64,000 nt of DNA from Gemmatimonas sp. (GTDB lineage: Bacteria > Gemmatimonadota > Gemmatimonadetes > Gemmatimonadales > Gemmatimonadaceae), in assembly GCA_965279375.1 (NCBI GenBank), contig OZ257156.1, positions 2,528,001-2,592,000 of the forward strand. Reading direction: 5' to 3'. Positions 1-9,724 of this stretch are shown here, in pieces (positions within the stretch are counted from its first letter, which is position 1; every line of letters begins with the position of its first letter). A program made the position numbers and the translations under genes. Below the pieces are notes generated by a model. The model was not told where the DNA came from. It searched no databases and was given only the letters and a program-made list of their open reading frames with translations.

Positions 1-703
1 TCGGCTGCATCTCCAACGGGATCGCCATGATATGGCTGATGCCGTTGATGCCCTCGGCGATCGCGGCACGAGTGAACACCGTGTCAACGGCCGACCACGT
101 GTGACCGAACGACGGGATCCCCGCAGCGCGCGCTGCGCGGATCTCCTCGCGCCAGTTCTCGTTGACGAAGGGCTCCTTGATCTTGATCGCATCCACGCCC
201 ATGGCGGCGAGCTTCGCGACGAGCGGCGCGCCCAAGGCGGCGCCAAGTCGAGCGGTGTCCTCCGCGACGACACGCGCGGCTACCACCAGTCGAGGCATGG
301 CCGCGGTTGCAGATTCCGCCGTCTTGCGCGCGGAGAGCAACGTATCGGTCGAAAGCGATCCGGCGTCGCGCACGGTCGTGATTCCGAGCGCGAACCGCAG
401 TCGCTGCAAGCGCCACAAGCCGTTCGGATTCACGGCGAAGGGCAAATGGACATGGGTGTCGATCAAACCCGGCGAAATCCACCGGCCGCTCAGGTCAATC
501 GCTTTGTCGCCCGCTTTCGATGGACAACCGTCCGGACCTGACACGCAGGTGAAGCGATCGCCTTCGATGACGATGCGCGAATTGCGAACGGCGTCCGCGC
601 GATTGCCATCGAGCAACGTGGCACCTGTCAGCACGGTGCGTTGCTGTGCGGCCAAGGGCGCACCGGACACGGCTAGAGCCAAGAGCGCGGCGCGGAGTCG
701 CAT
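1..703 (-). CDS. Secreted amidohydrolase family protein (partial, runs off window start)
   Basis: Manual translation from ATG 703: MRLRAALLALAVSGAPLAAQQRTVLTGATLLDG...WISPGLIDTHVH. Signal peptide plus metal-binding DxHxH motif; the ATG overlaps the wecB TGA (TGATG). Not in the ORF track. Confidence 0.85.
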   Translation of the reverse strand, partial: MRLRAALLALAVSGAPLAAQQRTVLTGATLLDGNRADAVRNSRIVIEGDRFTCVSGPDGCPSKAGDKAIDLSGRWISPGLIDTHVHLPFAVNPNGLWRLQRLRFALGITTVRDAGSLSTDTLLSARKTAESATAAMPRLVVAARVVAEDTARLGAALGAPLVAKLAAMGVDAIKIKEPFVNENWREEIRAARAAGIPSFGHTWSAVDTVFTRAAIAEGINGISHIMAIPLEMQP

Positions 704-1797
704 CAGGCGCTCCCCACCGCAGGAACAGCGGCGCTTCGCGTTGCGTCGGTCAGCGCCCTGACGATGCGCTGTGCTGCGTCGCCCGATCCGAAGAACGGCG
801 GCGCATCACCGACGGGGCGTACCCAGTCGCGTAGCGCGTGAGGCAGTGCGCGCACATCCGATCCCACGAGCGTGTTCCAGCCTGAGCTGACGGTTTCCAC
901 CCACTCGGTTTCGGGGCGCAGCGTGAAGCAGGGCACGCCAAAGAAGTAGGCTTCCTTTTGCACGCCGCCCGAGTCGGTGAGGATGGCCGCGGCATGCTGC
1001 TCCAGCTGCAACATATCGAGATATCCCACCGGGTCGATCAGTCGAACGCGCTCGGGTGAGATCGATCCAGCACTCAGTCGCGCCTTCGTGCGCGGATGCA
1101 CAGGAAGCACCACCGGCAGCGGCAGCGAAGCGAGCGTGTCGAGAATGATCGCGAGCTGCGCTGAATCGTCGGTGTTGTACGGACGATGAATGGTGGCGAG
1201 ATAGTATCCGCCGGGCGTCAGCGACAGGTCGGCAAGCACGCTCGATCGCTTGCGAGCGAGTTCGCCAAAGTGGAGCACCGCGTCGTACATCACGTCGCCA
1301 ACAAGATGCACACCGGCGTGCACACCTTCACGCGTCAAATGATCGACCGCCGTCTGCGTGGGACACAGCAACAAGTCGGACACATGATCGGTGACCACGC
1401 GGTTGTGCTCTTCGGGCATGGTGCGGTTGAACGAACGCAGACCAGCCTCGACGTGCGCGATCGGTACGCCCAGCTTGCAGGCAGCGAGCGCACCGGCGAG
1501 CGTCGAATTCGTGTCGCCGTACACCAACAACCAATCCGGGCGTTCCTCCAGCAGCACTTCCTCGATCGCGGCCAGCATGCGACCAGTCTGTGCGCCGTGC
1601 GAGCCGCTGCCAACACCGAGGTTACGGTCGGCCGGCGCGATCCCGAGCTCGTCGAAGAACACCTGCGACATGCGGTCGTCGTAGTGCTGGCCGGTGTGCA
1701 CCAAACACTCCTCGATGCCCGCGTCGCGCAGCGCACGTCCGACTGGGGCGGCCTTCACGAACTGTGGACGCGCACCGACGATCGTCACGACCTTCAT
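703..1797 (-). CDS. wecB: UDP-N-acetylglucosamine 2-epimerase, non-hydrolysing (WecB/WbpI-like), copy 1
   Basis: MKVVTIVGARPQFVK, HTGQHYD, GDTNST, HVEAGLRS, TDSGGVQKEA motifs; start overlaps the upstream stop (ATGA). Confidence 0.93.
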   Translation of the reverse strand: MKVVTIVGARPQFVKAAPVGRALRDAGIEECLVHTGQHYDDRMSQVFFDELGIAPADRNLGVGSGSHGAQTGRMLAAIEEVLLEERPDWLLVYGDTNSTLAGALAACKLGVPIAHVEAGLRSFNRTMPEEHNRVVTDHVSDLLLCPTQTAVDHLTREGVHAGVHLVGDVMYDAVLHFGELARKRSSVLADLSLTPGGYYLATIHRPYNTDDSAQLAIILDTLASLPLPVVLPVHPRTKARLSAGSISPERVRLIDPVGYLDMLQLEQHAAAILTDSGGVQKEAYFFGVPCFTLRPETEWVETVSSGWNTLVGSDVRALPHALRDWVRPVGDAPPFFGSGDAAQRIVRALTDATRSAAVPAVGSA

Positions 1798-3527
1798 AAG
1801 CCTGTCTCCGCGGAGCGCTCGTAGATCCGGATTGGGGCATTCACGACGGGATAGTCCAGGTCGGGGCGCTTCGTCCACTCGAGCACGGTCTTCGTGTGGA
1901 AGAAGGCCACGCGCTTGTAGCCGAGCGACCCATCTTCGAGGCCGCGGAAGATCGGCGGCGGGCACGTGGCCGCGTACTCGTGGCCGGGGTTCGTGTAGTC
2001 CGGGATGATCACGACAAAGCGCGGTCGGCGCTCGGCCCACCCATCGATCACCGTCTTCACGGCGCGCTCGCTGGTATCTGCGCGAATGTTGCTGCCGGGA
2101 TTGAAGATCGCGATGCGCGAATTGAGCGACGCCGGCATCGGTGGATTCTTGTACTCGGAGCCGAAATACTCGAGCGAGTCGCCGGCGCGCGCGTTCGCGG
2201 CGATCCATGGACCGGCGTCGTAGCGCGCGTCACGCAGCATGCCGTCCGTGAGATCGATCGCCCACGCGCTGAGCGTCAGTACGCTCGCCAGCCCGAGTAC
2301 GCCCGCGCCGATGCCGATCGGCGAACGTCGTGACCGCCACGCCATGACCATCGCGCGGCCCGTGTAGATCGAACAGACGAACGCGACCGGCATGAGATAG
2401 CGGAGCATCGCCAGGCGCGCAGAAAAGAAGATCACCAGGAGATAGCCGACGGCCGACAGCGCGAGCAGCGCATCGCGACGACGCTGCATGCCGAGCACCA
2501 CGGCACCGCCAATCGCCGCGATGAGCCCGGGCCACGTGATGGCATGCGCCACGAGCTGGAACAGTCGGAAGGCGAAGTCGATGTTTCCCTGCAGCGTTCG
2601 CGGGTACATGTGCACGAACGCGACGCCACCCTTTTCCACTTCCGCGAGTCGGGTCTGGAAGAAGTGGATGTGCGCGCTCCAGCGGCGATAGTCGATCACC
2701 ATGCCGCTGGCGATCGCGTAAGCAACGAACGTGCACAACGCACCAGCGATCGCGATGCGCCAGAAGCTGGCCGTGCGCCATGGCGCCACGCTGCTTCCGG
2801 GATTGGGCAACAAGAGCAGCACCACCGGCGCAAACACGAATGACGCGAAGGACGGTTCCTTGGTCGCCAACGACAGCCCCACGAGCGTACCGAACGTCAC
2901 CGAGCGCCGCATGCTGAAGCCGTCGCGCAGGATGAACGCGAACGCCACGAGCGCCGTCGCGCTGAAGAACAGCACCGGCACGTCGACGTTGGAATTGCGC
3001 GCGTAGTAGAACATCGGGTACATGAGCAACACGAAGGCCGCCGATGCGCGACCGCTGGATTCATCCCAGAGGATGCGTCCGATTTCGTATGCACAGAGCA
3101 CAATGCCGACACCGAGCAGCACCGACAGGAAATGCGCGATGAGCGTCAGGTTGCGCAGCGACGTGACCGGATCCACGAATCCGTGCGGGAACTCGACGGT
3201 CGGATTCTTCACGCCACCCGTGAGAAACTCGTAGCCCATGTACGGCGCAAAGGCGCCAAGCACCATGAACGGGTGCAGCATGGGATAGCCGAGATTGGGA
3301 TTCTGCTCCGGCTTGGGATGCAGAATGTCGTGAGCCTGCGCGAGAGGACCGAGAGGCGGTTCGTCGTCGACCCCCCACGCGTTGGTACGATCTGCCGCCG
3401 TGGCGTACGGCGTGCCCCACCAGAACCCCGGCGTATACGCAACGAACGCCAGCAGCACCACGACGATCCGCGTGAGGCCGATACGGTGCCACACGCCCGG
3501 GCTGCTGACCTTATTCGCTGTACTCAC
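1794..3527 (-). CDS. GT-C fold (ArnT/PMT/GT39-like) multi-pass membrane glycosyltransferase
   Basis: About 11 hydrophobic segments, acidic DDE in the first external loop, GYP motif, NVDVP, LATKE, RY motif. Confidence 0.7.
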   Translation of the reverse strand: MSTANKVSSPGVWHRIGLTRIVVVLLAFVAYTPGFWWGTPYATAADRTNAWGVDDEPPLGPLAQAHDILHPKPEQNPNLGYPMLHPFMVLGAFAPYMGYEFLTGGVKNPTVEFPHGFVDPVTSLRNLTLIAHFLSVLLGVGIVLCAYEIGRILWDESSGRASAAFVLLMYPMFYYARNSNVDVPVLFFSATALVAFAFILRDGFSMRRSVTFGTLVGLSLATKEPSFASFVFAPVVLLLLPNPGSSVAPWRTASFWRIAIAGALCTFVAYAIASGMVIDYRRWSAHIHFFQTRLAEVEKGGVAFVHMYPRTLQGNIDFAFRLFQLVAHAITWPGLIAAIGGAVVLGMQRRRDALLALSAVGYLLVIFFSARLAMLRYLMPVAFVCSIYTGRAMVMAWRSRRSPIGIGAGVLGLASVLTLSAWAIDLTDGMLRDARYDAGPWIAANARAGDSLEYFGSEYKNPPMPASLNSRIAIFNPGSNIRADTSERAVKTVIDGWAERRPRFVVIIPDYTNPGHEYAATCPPPIFRGLEDGSLGYKRVAFFHTKTVLEWTKRPDLDYPVVNAPIRIYERSAETGL

Positions 3528-3548
3528 ACGTCCCCTGTCTGGGTGAGG

Positions 3549-5498
3549 TCAGAGCGCCGTAGCGGTCACCGATGCCGCCGTGCGCCGTTCACGGCGCGTC
3601 GGCAACCGATCCCCATCCACGAACGCCTGGTGCCACAGCTCGAGCGAGAGCAGTCCCCACAGCGGACGGCCGAAGGCGGCGCCCGGGGCGAGCAGCTTCT
3701 CCACGCCGTCCATGCGATACAGCCCGCGCTGCCGCGCGCGCGTGCCCAACATGACATCGCCGACAAAATCGCGAATCGGTCCGCGCAGCCACTCGGTCAG
3801 CGGGACTGGGAAGCCCATCTTGTCTCGGCGCGTGAACACCGACTCGGGAATGAACGGCTTGATCGACTCGCGGAAGATTCGCTTGGAGTCGCCACCCTTG
3901 AAACGCATCGCCGGCGGCATCTTGGTGACCAGCTCCGCGATGCGATGATCGAGCAACGGCACACGTGACTCGAGCGAGACGGCCATGCTCGTGCGGTCTT
4001 CCACCTGCAGCAACGCGGGAAGCAGCGTCTTCAGGTCGAAGTTCGTCATCTTGTTGAAGTATGACTTGGTCGACGGGTTGTTGAAGATCTGCGCGTACGA
4101 ATCGAACATCCGCCCCTGTGAACTCGGCGTCCAGACATCGCCCGAGATCAGCGACTCCGCATCGTCGATGCGCGAGACGAGCCGGAAGTACCGACGATCC
4201 ATCTCGTCGAAGAGTCCCTCCTTGAAGAAACTCTGCAGCATCGGGCCGTACTGCTTGAGCATGCCGAGGCTCGGTTCGATCGAGTCCCACGACACGACGT
4301 AGCGCGGATCGGTCGCGGTGTCGTGGATCGCGCCTTTCATCGCCTGCTCGAGGTACGCCACGAGGTAGCGGGCGTAGCCGCCGAACAGTTCGTCTCCGCC
4401 CTGACCGCCGAGCACCACCTTCACGTGTTCGCGGGCCAGCTTGGATACGCAGTACTGCGGGAAGAGACCGGGGCCTGCTGCGGGCTCGTCCATCATGTAG
4501 ATGAGCCACGGCAGCGTGTCGGCGAATTCGCGAGCGGACGGCCACACCTCGTGGTATTCCGCATTCACATTTGCTGCGACTTCGCGGGCGTAGCGTGTCT
4601 CGTCATACTGCGGCCCTTCGCGAAACGCACCGGTGAAGGTGTGGAAGGTGTGCGGGTAACGTCCGGCTGCCATCGATACGACCGTCGACGAATCGATACC
4701 GCCCGAGCAGTGCGCGCCAACCGGCACGTCACTGCGCAGCTGCAACTTCATCGAGTCGTTGAGGAGCGCGACGAGCTGCTCGCGGAAGTAGTCCTCGGTG
4801 TGATGGAGATCGAGCTCGTAGTTGTAGTCCCAGTAGCACACCTCCGCCGGCGCGCTGTCGCGACCGGGGCGGAAGGTGAGGTAGTGGCCCGGCTCGAGCT
4901 TCTGGATATTGCGAAAGAGCGTGCGCTCACCGAGGCAGAACTGGAACGTGAGATACTCCTCGAGTCCATGCGCATCGGCTTCGGCACGCACAAGCCCCGT
5001 CGCCAGAATCGCCTTCGGTTCACTGGCGAAGAGCAGCGAGTCGGCGGTCATCGCCCAGTAGAACGGCTTGATGCCCACGCGGTCGCGCGCGGCGAAGATG
5101 CGCTGCTGGCGCGCATCCCAGATCGCAAACGAGAACATGCCGTTCAACCGCTCGAGGCACCGCTCTCCCAGCTCTTCATAGAGATGGAGAATGACTTCGG
5201 TGTCACTCTGCGTGCGGAACTGGTGATGACGAGCGAGCTCACGACGCAGCTCGACGTAGTTGTAGATCTCACCGTTGAAGGTGATCCAGATCGTCCCGTC
5301 CTCGTTGCACATGGGCTGTCGCCCCGAGTCGAGATCGATGATGGCGAGGCGCTTGTGTCCGAGTGCGGCAGGGCCATCGATGTGGATCCCTTCGCCATCG
5401 GGGCCACGATGGGCGATGGCGTCGAGCATCGCACTCAGGAGCTCTGCGTCAGGGGCGAACGCGCGCTCGCGTCCGACGATGCCGGCTATGCCGCACAT
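3549..5498 (-). CDS. asnB: Asparagine synthase (glutamine-hydrolysing) family amidotransferase, glycan-locus type
   Basis: N-terminal MCGIAG, HRGPD, RLAIID, FNGEIYNY, SGGIDSS, GGDELFGGY, KMGF motifs. Confidence 0.93.
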   Translation of the reverse strand: MCGIAGIVGRERAFAPDAELLSAMLDAIAHRGPDGEGIHIDGPAALGHKRLAIIDLDSGRQPMCNEDGTIWITFNGEIYNYVELRRELARHHQFRTQSDTEVILHLYEELGERCLERLNGMFSFAIWDARQQRIFAARDRVGIKPFYWAMTADSLLFASEPKAILATGLVRAEADAHGLEEYLTFQFCLGERTLFRNIQKLEPGHYLTFRPGRDSAPAEVCYWDYNYELDLHHTEDYFREQLVALLNDSMKLQLRSDVPVGAHCSGGIDSSTVVSMAAGRYPHTFHTFTGAFREGPQYDETRYAREVAANVNAEYHEVWPSAREFADTLPWLIYMMDEPAAGPGLFPQYCVSKLAREHVKVVLGGQGGDELFGGYARYLVAYLEQAMKGAIHDTATDPRYVVSWDSIEPSLGMLKQYGPMLQSFFKEGLFDEMDRRYFRLVSRIDDAESLISGDVWTPSSQGRMFDSYAQIFNNPSTKSYFNKMTNFDLKTLLPALLQVEDRTSMAVSLESRVPLLDHRIAELVTKMPPAMRFKGGDSKRIFRESIKPFIPESVFTRRDKMGFPVPLTEWLRGPIRDFVGDVMLGTRARQRGLYRMDGVEKLLAPGAAFGRPLWGLLSLELWHQAFVDGDRLPTRRERRTAASVTATAL

Positions 5499-6337
5499 GC
5501 GCGCTTCACCTCGATTTTTTCGAGCGGGAGTCCGTCCGGGCCGTACGCCGTGCGACGACGATCAGCGCACTGCTCTTTCCATTGGCGTCCGAGGTCGCCC
5601 CACGCGACGATGTACTTCGCGATGACCACGAGATAGCCGAGCGTCGTGAGTGAGGTGACGACCTTGCTGGGGCCGGACTTGCGATCGTAGCGCAGCACGA
5701 AGCCGTGTTCGGTGACGCGCGCGCCGAGCATGCGGCACTTGACCAGCTTCTCGATCGTGCCGGTGAAGCCCATGCCCTTCAGGTCGATGAAGCGATTGCC
5801 GAAGATCGACACTGCATCCTTGATGAGCGCGACGCGATACGCACGGAAGCCGCTCGTGTACTCCCAGATCTCCGACATGGGGAACGCGGTCTTCATCAGC
5901 AGGTTCGCACAACGGCTGATCGTGCGGCGGTACAGGTTCACGCCGATCTGCCCGCCACCAGGTGCGTAGCGCGATGCGATGACCACTTCCCACCCGTCGC
6001 GCAGCTTTTCGATCATCGGGATCGTGTAGCGCGGATCGTGGGTGTCGTCGCAATCCATGCGCACCACCACATCGGTACGCGCGCCGCTCTCGGCGATGTA
6101 CTCCATACCGTCACGGATCGTTTCGCCAAGGCCGCGATTGATCTTGTGATTGATGATGTGCATCGGGAAGCGCTTGGCCAGCTCCTGGCAGCGCTCGAGC
6201 GTGCGATCGCGACTCCCGTCGTTCACCACCACGATCTCGTAGGCGGCACCGATCTCCTCCATCGCCGCACCGATCTTTTCGGTGAGCGGCTGCACGGCGT
6301 CTTCTTCGTTATACGCGGGGAGCAGAAAGTAGATCAT
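5486..6337 (-). CDS. GT2 glycosyltransferase, polyprenol-phosphate glycosyltransferase (DPM1-like)
   Basis: LPAYNEE, VVNDGSRDRT, NRGLG, MDCDDTHDP, ASRY, TSGFRAYR; ATG 6337 overlaps the upstream TGA. Confidence 0.88.
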   Translation of the reverse strand: MIYFLLPAYNEEDAVQPLTEKIGAAMEEIGAAYEIVVVNDGSRDRTLERCQELAKRFPMHIINHKINRGLGETIRDGMEYIAESGARTDVVVRMDCDDTHDPRYTIPMIEKLRDGWEVVIASRYAPGGGQIGVNLYRRTISRCANLLMKTAFPMSEIWEYTSGFRAYRVALIKDAVSIFGNRFIDLKGMGFTGTIEKLVKCRMLGARVTEHGFVLRYDRKSGPSKVVTSLTTLGYLVVIAKYIVAWGDLGRQWKEQCADRRRTAYGPDGLPLEKIEVKRACAA

Positions 6338-8103
6338 CAATGAGTCGAGTCGGAGACAGCAGGAGCGCCCGTGGCCATCCCGCCCGTCGAACTGACGGGT
6401 GAGCGACGTGTGGCGGATATGACAAACTGCAACGCGAGGTGGCCTGCCGTGGAAAGGCGTGCCGCCAGCGCTGTTGGCGCCTCGCTGAGCGCCGTTGAAA
6501 TAGAGACGAGCTCCCGAGGATGGAAGTACCGTGCCGAACCCATGTGTTGCGCCTGATACGTCCTCGGTCGCCAAATATGGGTCGCGCCCGCGCTGCGCGC
6601 GGCCACCACGTCGTCAGCCACCGTCACACGCTCGTCACCGAACTGGATACGGCGGTCGATCCGGTAGGGCCCCGTTTTCCGCCCCGTGATGATCTGGGCG
6701 ATGATGAGGTTCCGGATGGTCGCGCCCAGCCAGACACTGCGAAACAGCGTGAGGTTCAACACCCGCAAGATCAAGAATTTGAACGGTGTCAGCACCTCTC
6801 GGTTGGCCCGCAGGAACGACGTCGTCACCCGAATGTGGTCGGCGCCCTGTTCGACCGTTTCCGGGTTCGCGACCAGCGCCGTCGTCCAGTGCTGGTCACC
6901 CGCACGTATCACATAGCCGGCATCCTCGTGCAAGATAGAGCCGGAATCGGCGTCGAACACGATCAGCATGCCGCCTTTTCGGAGATTCGCGACAGCCCGA
7001 TAGTGTGGCGTTCCGGCAACAACCAAGCCCGATTCCGGGAATACTCGCAACAGCTGCGGAGCTTCGCAGGGGAGGGCCGGACACTCTCGAACCTCGGGTC
7101 CGTTGGCGATTGCCTCGAGCGCGATGCAGTAGCTGGCGGTTAGGGTGGGGAGGTTGTGCGCATCGACGTTGCGCAGCATGACCACGTTCCCCCGGTCGAG
7201 CCTCGGCCGCATGAAGCGGCGGACCGCGGCGGCCATCGGGATCGCCGTGGCCAGCAGCTCGAATCCGCCGGGATACCAGAGCAGCGTATCCCGGCTGCCA
7301 TAGCCGCCGCCGACGCTGCCGTCCGGTCCAACGAAGTTCGCGTAGAAGTCGATCGCCCGGGTCAACGACGCGAGCAGCTCGGTGCTCGGACGATCGCGGT
7401 AGAACACGGCCAGGTAATGGATCCCCAGTGACTCGTATCCCGGGTCCGCACCACCGTATTCCAGGTACCACCCCTCGACCGACTGCTGCGCGATGATCTG
7501 CGCGATCGTGTCGTCAGCATGGGCGGTTAGGGAAGCGTCGCCGAGCAAGCGGCCGGCGCGAAACCAGGCCAAGGCGTAGAGCGCGTGGTGGTTGCTGATG
7601 AACGCGTAGTCTTCCGCCGTCTTCGCGGCGAACTCGCAGGCGCGCCGTACCGACTCCACAATCCGGCGCCGGAGTGCGTCGGGCAGTCGGTCGCCCAGCG
7701 TCCGCTCCACCGTGGCGAGATTGTAGACCACGCCCAGCGTGATGCCATGATCCTGTGTGTTCGGACCGACCGTGTCGAACGCGCCATTGCGATGCTGCCG
7801 TTCGATGAGCGACTCGAGTCCGTACTGCATCCACTCCAGCAGCTCCGCATTGCCGTGGTACACGTTCCCGTCGAAGGGAGTGGTGTACAGCCACGCCAGC
7901 GGCATCAGGCTGGCCTGCAAGAGGACAACGGGAAAGTCCCGGAACTTCCAGGACCAGTGGTCGCGATCAAAGCTCCCGCGCGTCGGGGAGAGGGACTCGC
8001 GATCGAGCTGACTCAGAAGTCGCGGCACGGCCTCGAGCAGGAGCCGCCGATAGGGCGCCTCCTGCTCGAGGTTTGCAGAGGTGAATGCACTCGGTTCGGT
8101 CAC
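6337..8103 (-). CDS. Hypothetical protein, alpha/alpha-toroid (heparinase II/III-like) architecture
   Basis: 588 aa; helical N-terminal half with QHRNGAFD, SNHHAL, EGWYLEYGGADPGY, then a beta-rich C-terminal half; translationally coupled to the GT2 gene. Confidence 0.55.
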   Translation of the reverse strand: MTEPSAFTSANLEQEAPYRRLLLEAVPRLLSQLDRESLSPTRGSFDRDHWSWKFRDFPVVLLQASLMPLAWLYTTPFDGNVYHGNAELLEWMQYGLESLIERQHRNGAFDTVGPNTQDHGITLGVVYNLATVERTLGDRLPDALRRRIVESVRRACEFAAKTAEDYAFISNHHALYALAWFRAGRLLGDASLTAHADDTIAQIIAQQSVEGWYLEYGGADPGYESLGIHYLAVFYRDRPSTELLASLTRAIDFYANFVGPDGSVGGGYGSRDTLLWYPGGFELLATAIPMAAAVRRFMRPRLDRGNVVMLRNVDAHNLPTLTASYCIALEAIANGPEVRECPALPCEAPQLLRVFPESGLVVAGTPHYRAVANLRKGGMLIVFDADSGSILHEDAGYVIRAGDQHWTTALVANPETVEQGADHIRVTTSFLRANREVLTPFKFLILRVLNLTLFRSVWLGATIRNLIIAQIITGRKTGPYRIDRRIQFGDERVTVADDVVAARSAGATHIWRPRTYQAQHMGSARYFHPRELVSISTALSEAPTALAARLSTAGHLALQFVISATRRSPVSSTGGMATGAPAVSDSTH

Positions 8104-8242
8104 GACGCGTCGCGGTAGTGCTGGAGGTGGTCCGGCATCTTCGGCCTCAGGGTTGGCGCCATTCGCCTATTGCGCCGGTGACGGGGCCCACCTGCCGCGG
8201 ATCCCAATTCGGTATCACAACGACGAGGCAGCGCCCGTGACG

Positions 8243-9724
8243 CTACAATCCGACGCTCTGTGACTCCAGCGCATGATGCCGCGCCCGCCAATGGGCAGCG
8301 ACCTCGCGCGGCGGTGCGATCCAGACCTGCGAATCCGCGGCGATGCGGCTCCAGAAATCCAGATAGGTGCGGGTCCAGAGCGGAAACAGCGTGTCGTCGA
8401 ATACGTAATCGTGCACGTCGATCATCATGATGCCGCCATGCGCCACGACCGTGCGTTGGAGCTCCGACAAGCGTGTCTGCCGATCGCCGGTGTTGATTGC
8501 CCGATAGCTGAACAGCTGATCGTCCATCCACCCGGTTGGCAGCTGCAGCGTGTCGATCGGACGACGCTGCTGCTCGCTGAAGGGGAAGTACGGTACGTTG
8601 GTCCCGGCGCGCCACCCAAGGTAGCGCTCGTGCGAGATCGAAGCATCGTAGCGCAACCCGATCTGCTCGTGCATCAGCAGCGTTTCTTCCGGGTTGGCCG
8701 GGTTGAGGTGCCAGTAGTGATGCCGGCCTCCATCCACTGGCTGGCCGCTGACGCGCGCCAGCCGTTCCTTCTCGCCGGCGAACCGCTCGACCTGCTCGAA
8801 GGCGCGGTAGCTCGCGTGGAGTCCGACCTCGAAGCCGGCGTCGGTGAGGCGCCGAAAGGCCTCCGCGAATCTGGGCGTCGAAATGTCGTAGAACGAGTCC
8901 GGGGTGCCCGAGGCGTACTCGCGCAGCGAACCTTGTCGAGGCACGAAGTAGAACGCCGATCGGGTGCGGAGCGCCGACTCCGCTTCGATCCACGCGTCGA
9001 ACATCCAATGCGATCGCTGGCCCAGGGCGACGCCCAACGCGGTGCCGGCACTGCGCCAGCCGTTGCGTCGCACGATGCGTAGCGGCTCGAGCCAACGAAT
9101 GACTTCCGGATAGTCCACGTCGTGACTGGCGCAGGCGGCGGCCTTCTTTCCGTCCGGCCAACGTGGAGTCGGATTGCCGTGATAGAGCGAGACGAGCAGG
9201 ACCTCGAGGCGCGCGATGATCGAGGACGCCACCGCCTTGCACAGGGCCCCGTCGGTCAGCAGCGGCGATGCACTGAGATCGAGTCGCCCATGGGAATCGC
9301 GCTGGAACGACTTCTCCGGCTGCCGTGTGAGGTGCCAGAACAGGTCGAATATCAGATCCCGGTCGCAGCGCCACGTCCCGTCAGCGTTGCGGCGCAGCGG
9401 CCGTTGGACGCCGCTCTCTCCCTGAAAGATCGGGACATGCCAGTCCACGGAAACGTCGGTTTCCTCGACCCGCTGCACGGCCACCAGCTGCGCCTGCGAT
9501 GGATGCCGCCAACGCGCTGCGTTCGCGAGCATCGTGAGCTGCGGCGACTTCTGTGACTCGCCGTCCGGTTGGGTCGCGTAAACCACGTCGGCGTCTTCGC
9601 GCGCGTCCACGCGCTCCCACGGAATGCCGGCGGTCGTGAGCACCACCTTCCAGCTCCAGGTGATTTCCGCGGCGTGCGGTATCCCGACAGCGGGATCGAT
9701 CCAGATGCGCAGGCGCGGTGTCAT
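8243..9724 (-). CDS. Polysaccharide deacetylase (CE4-like) with extended N-terminal domain
   Basis: WPDGKKAAACASHDVD, EVGLHASY, GGRHHY, YDAS, MDDQL motifs. Confidence 0.8.
   Translation of the reverse strand: MTPRLRIWIDPAVGIPHAAEITWSWKVVLTTAGIPWERVDAREDADVVYATQPDGESQKSPQLTMLANAARWRHPSQAQLVAVQRVEETDVSVDWHVPIFQGESGVQRPLRRNADGTWRCDRDLIFDLFWHLTRQPEKSFQRDSHGRLDLSASPLLTDGALCKAVASSIIARLEVLLVSLYHGNPTPRWPDGKKAAACASHDVDYPEVIRWLEPLRIVRRNGWRSAGTALGVALGQRSHWMFDAWIEAESALRTRSAFYFVPRQGSLREYASGTPDSFYDISTPRFAEAFRRLTDAGFEVGLHASYRAFEQVERFAGEKERLARVSGQPVDGGRHHYWHLNPANPEETLLMHEQIGLRYDASISHERYLGWRAGTNVPYFPFSEQQRRPIDTLQLPTGWMDDQLFSYRAINTGDRQTRLSELQRTVVAHGGIMMIDVHDYVFDDTLFPLWTRTYLDFWSRIAADSQVWIAPPREVAAHWRARHHALESQSVGL

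Noticed and set aside
1797..2208. N-terminal extensions in the ORF track (wecB, GT2s, glcD, cysD, cysC, ygfZ, PEP-CTERM genes)
   Set aside because: They overlap upstream genes; downstream starts have coupled stop/start overlaps or an RBS and match family N-termini.
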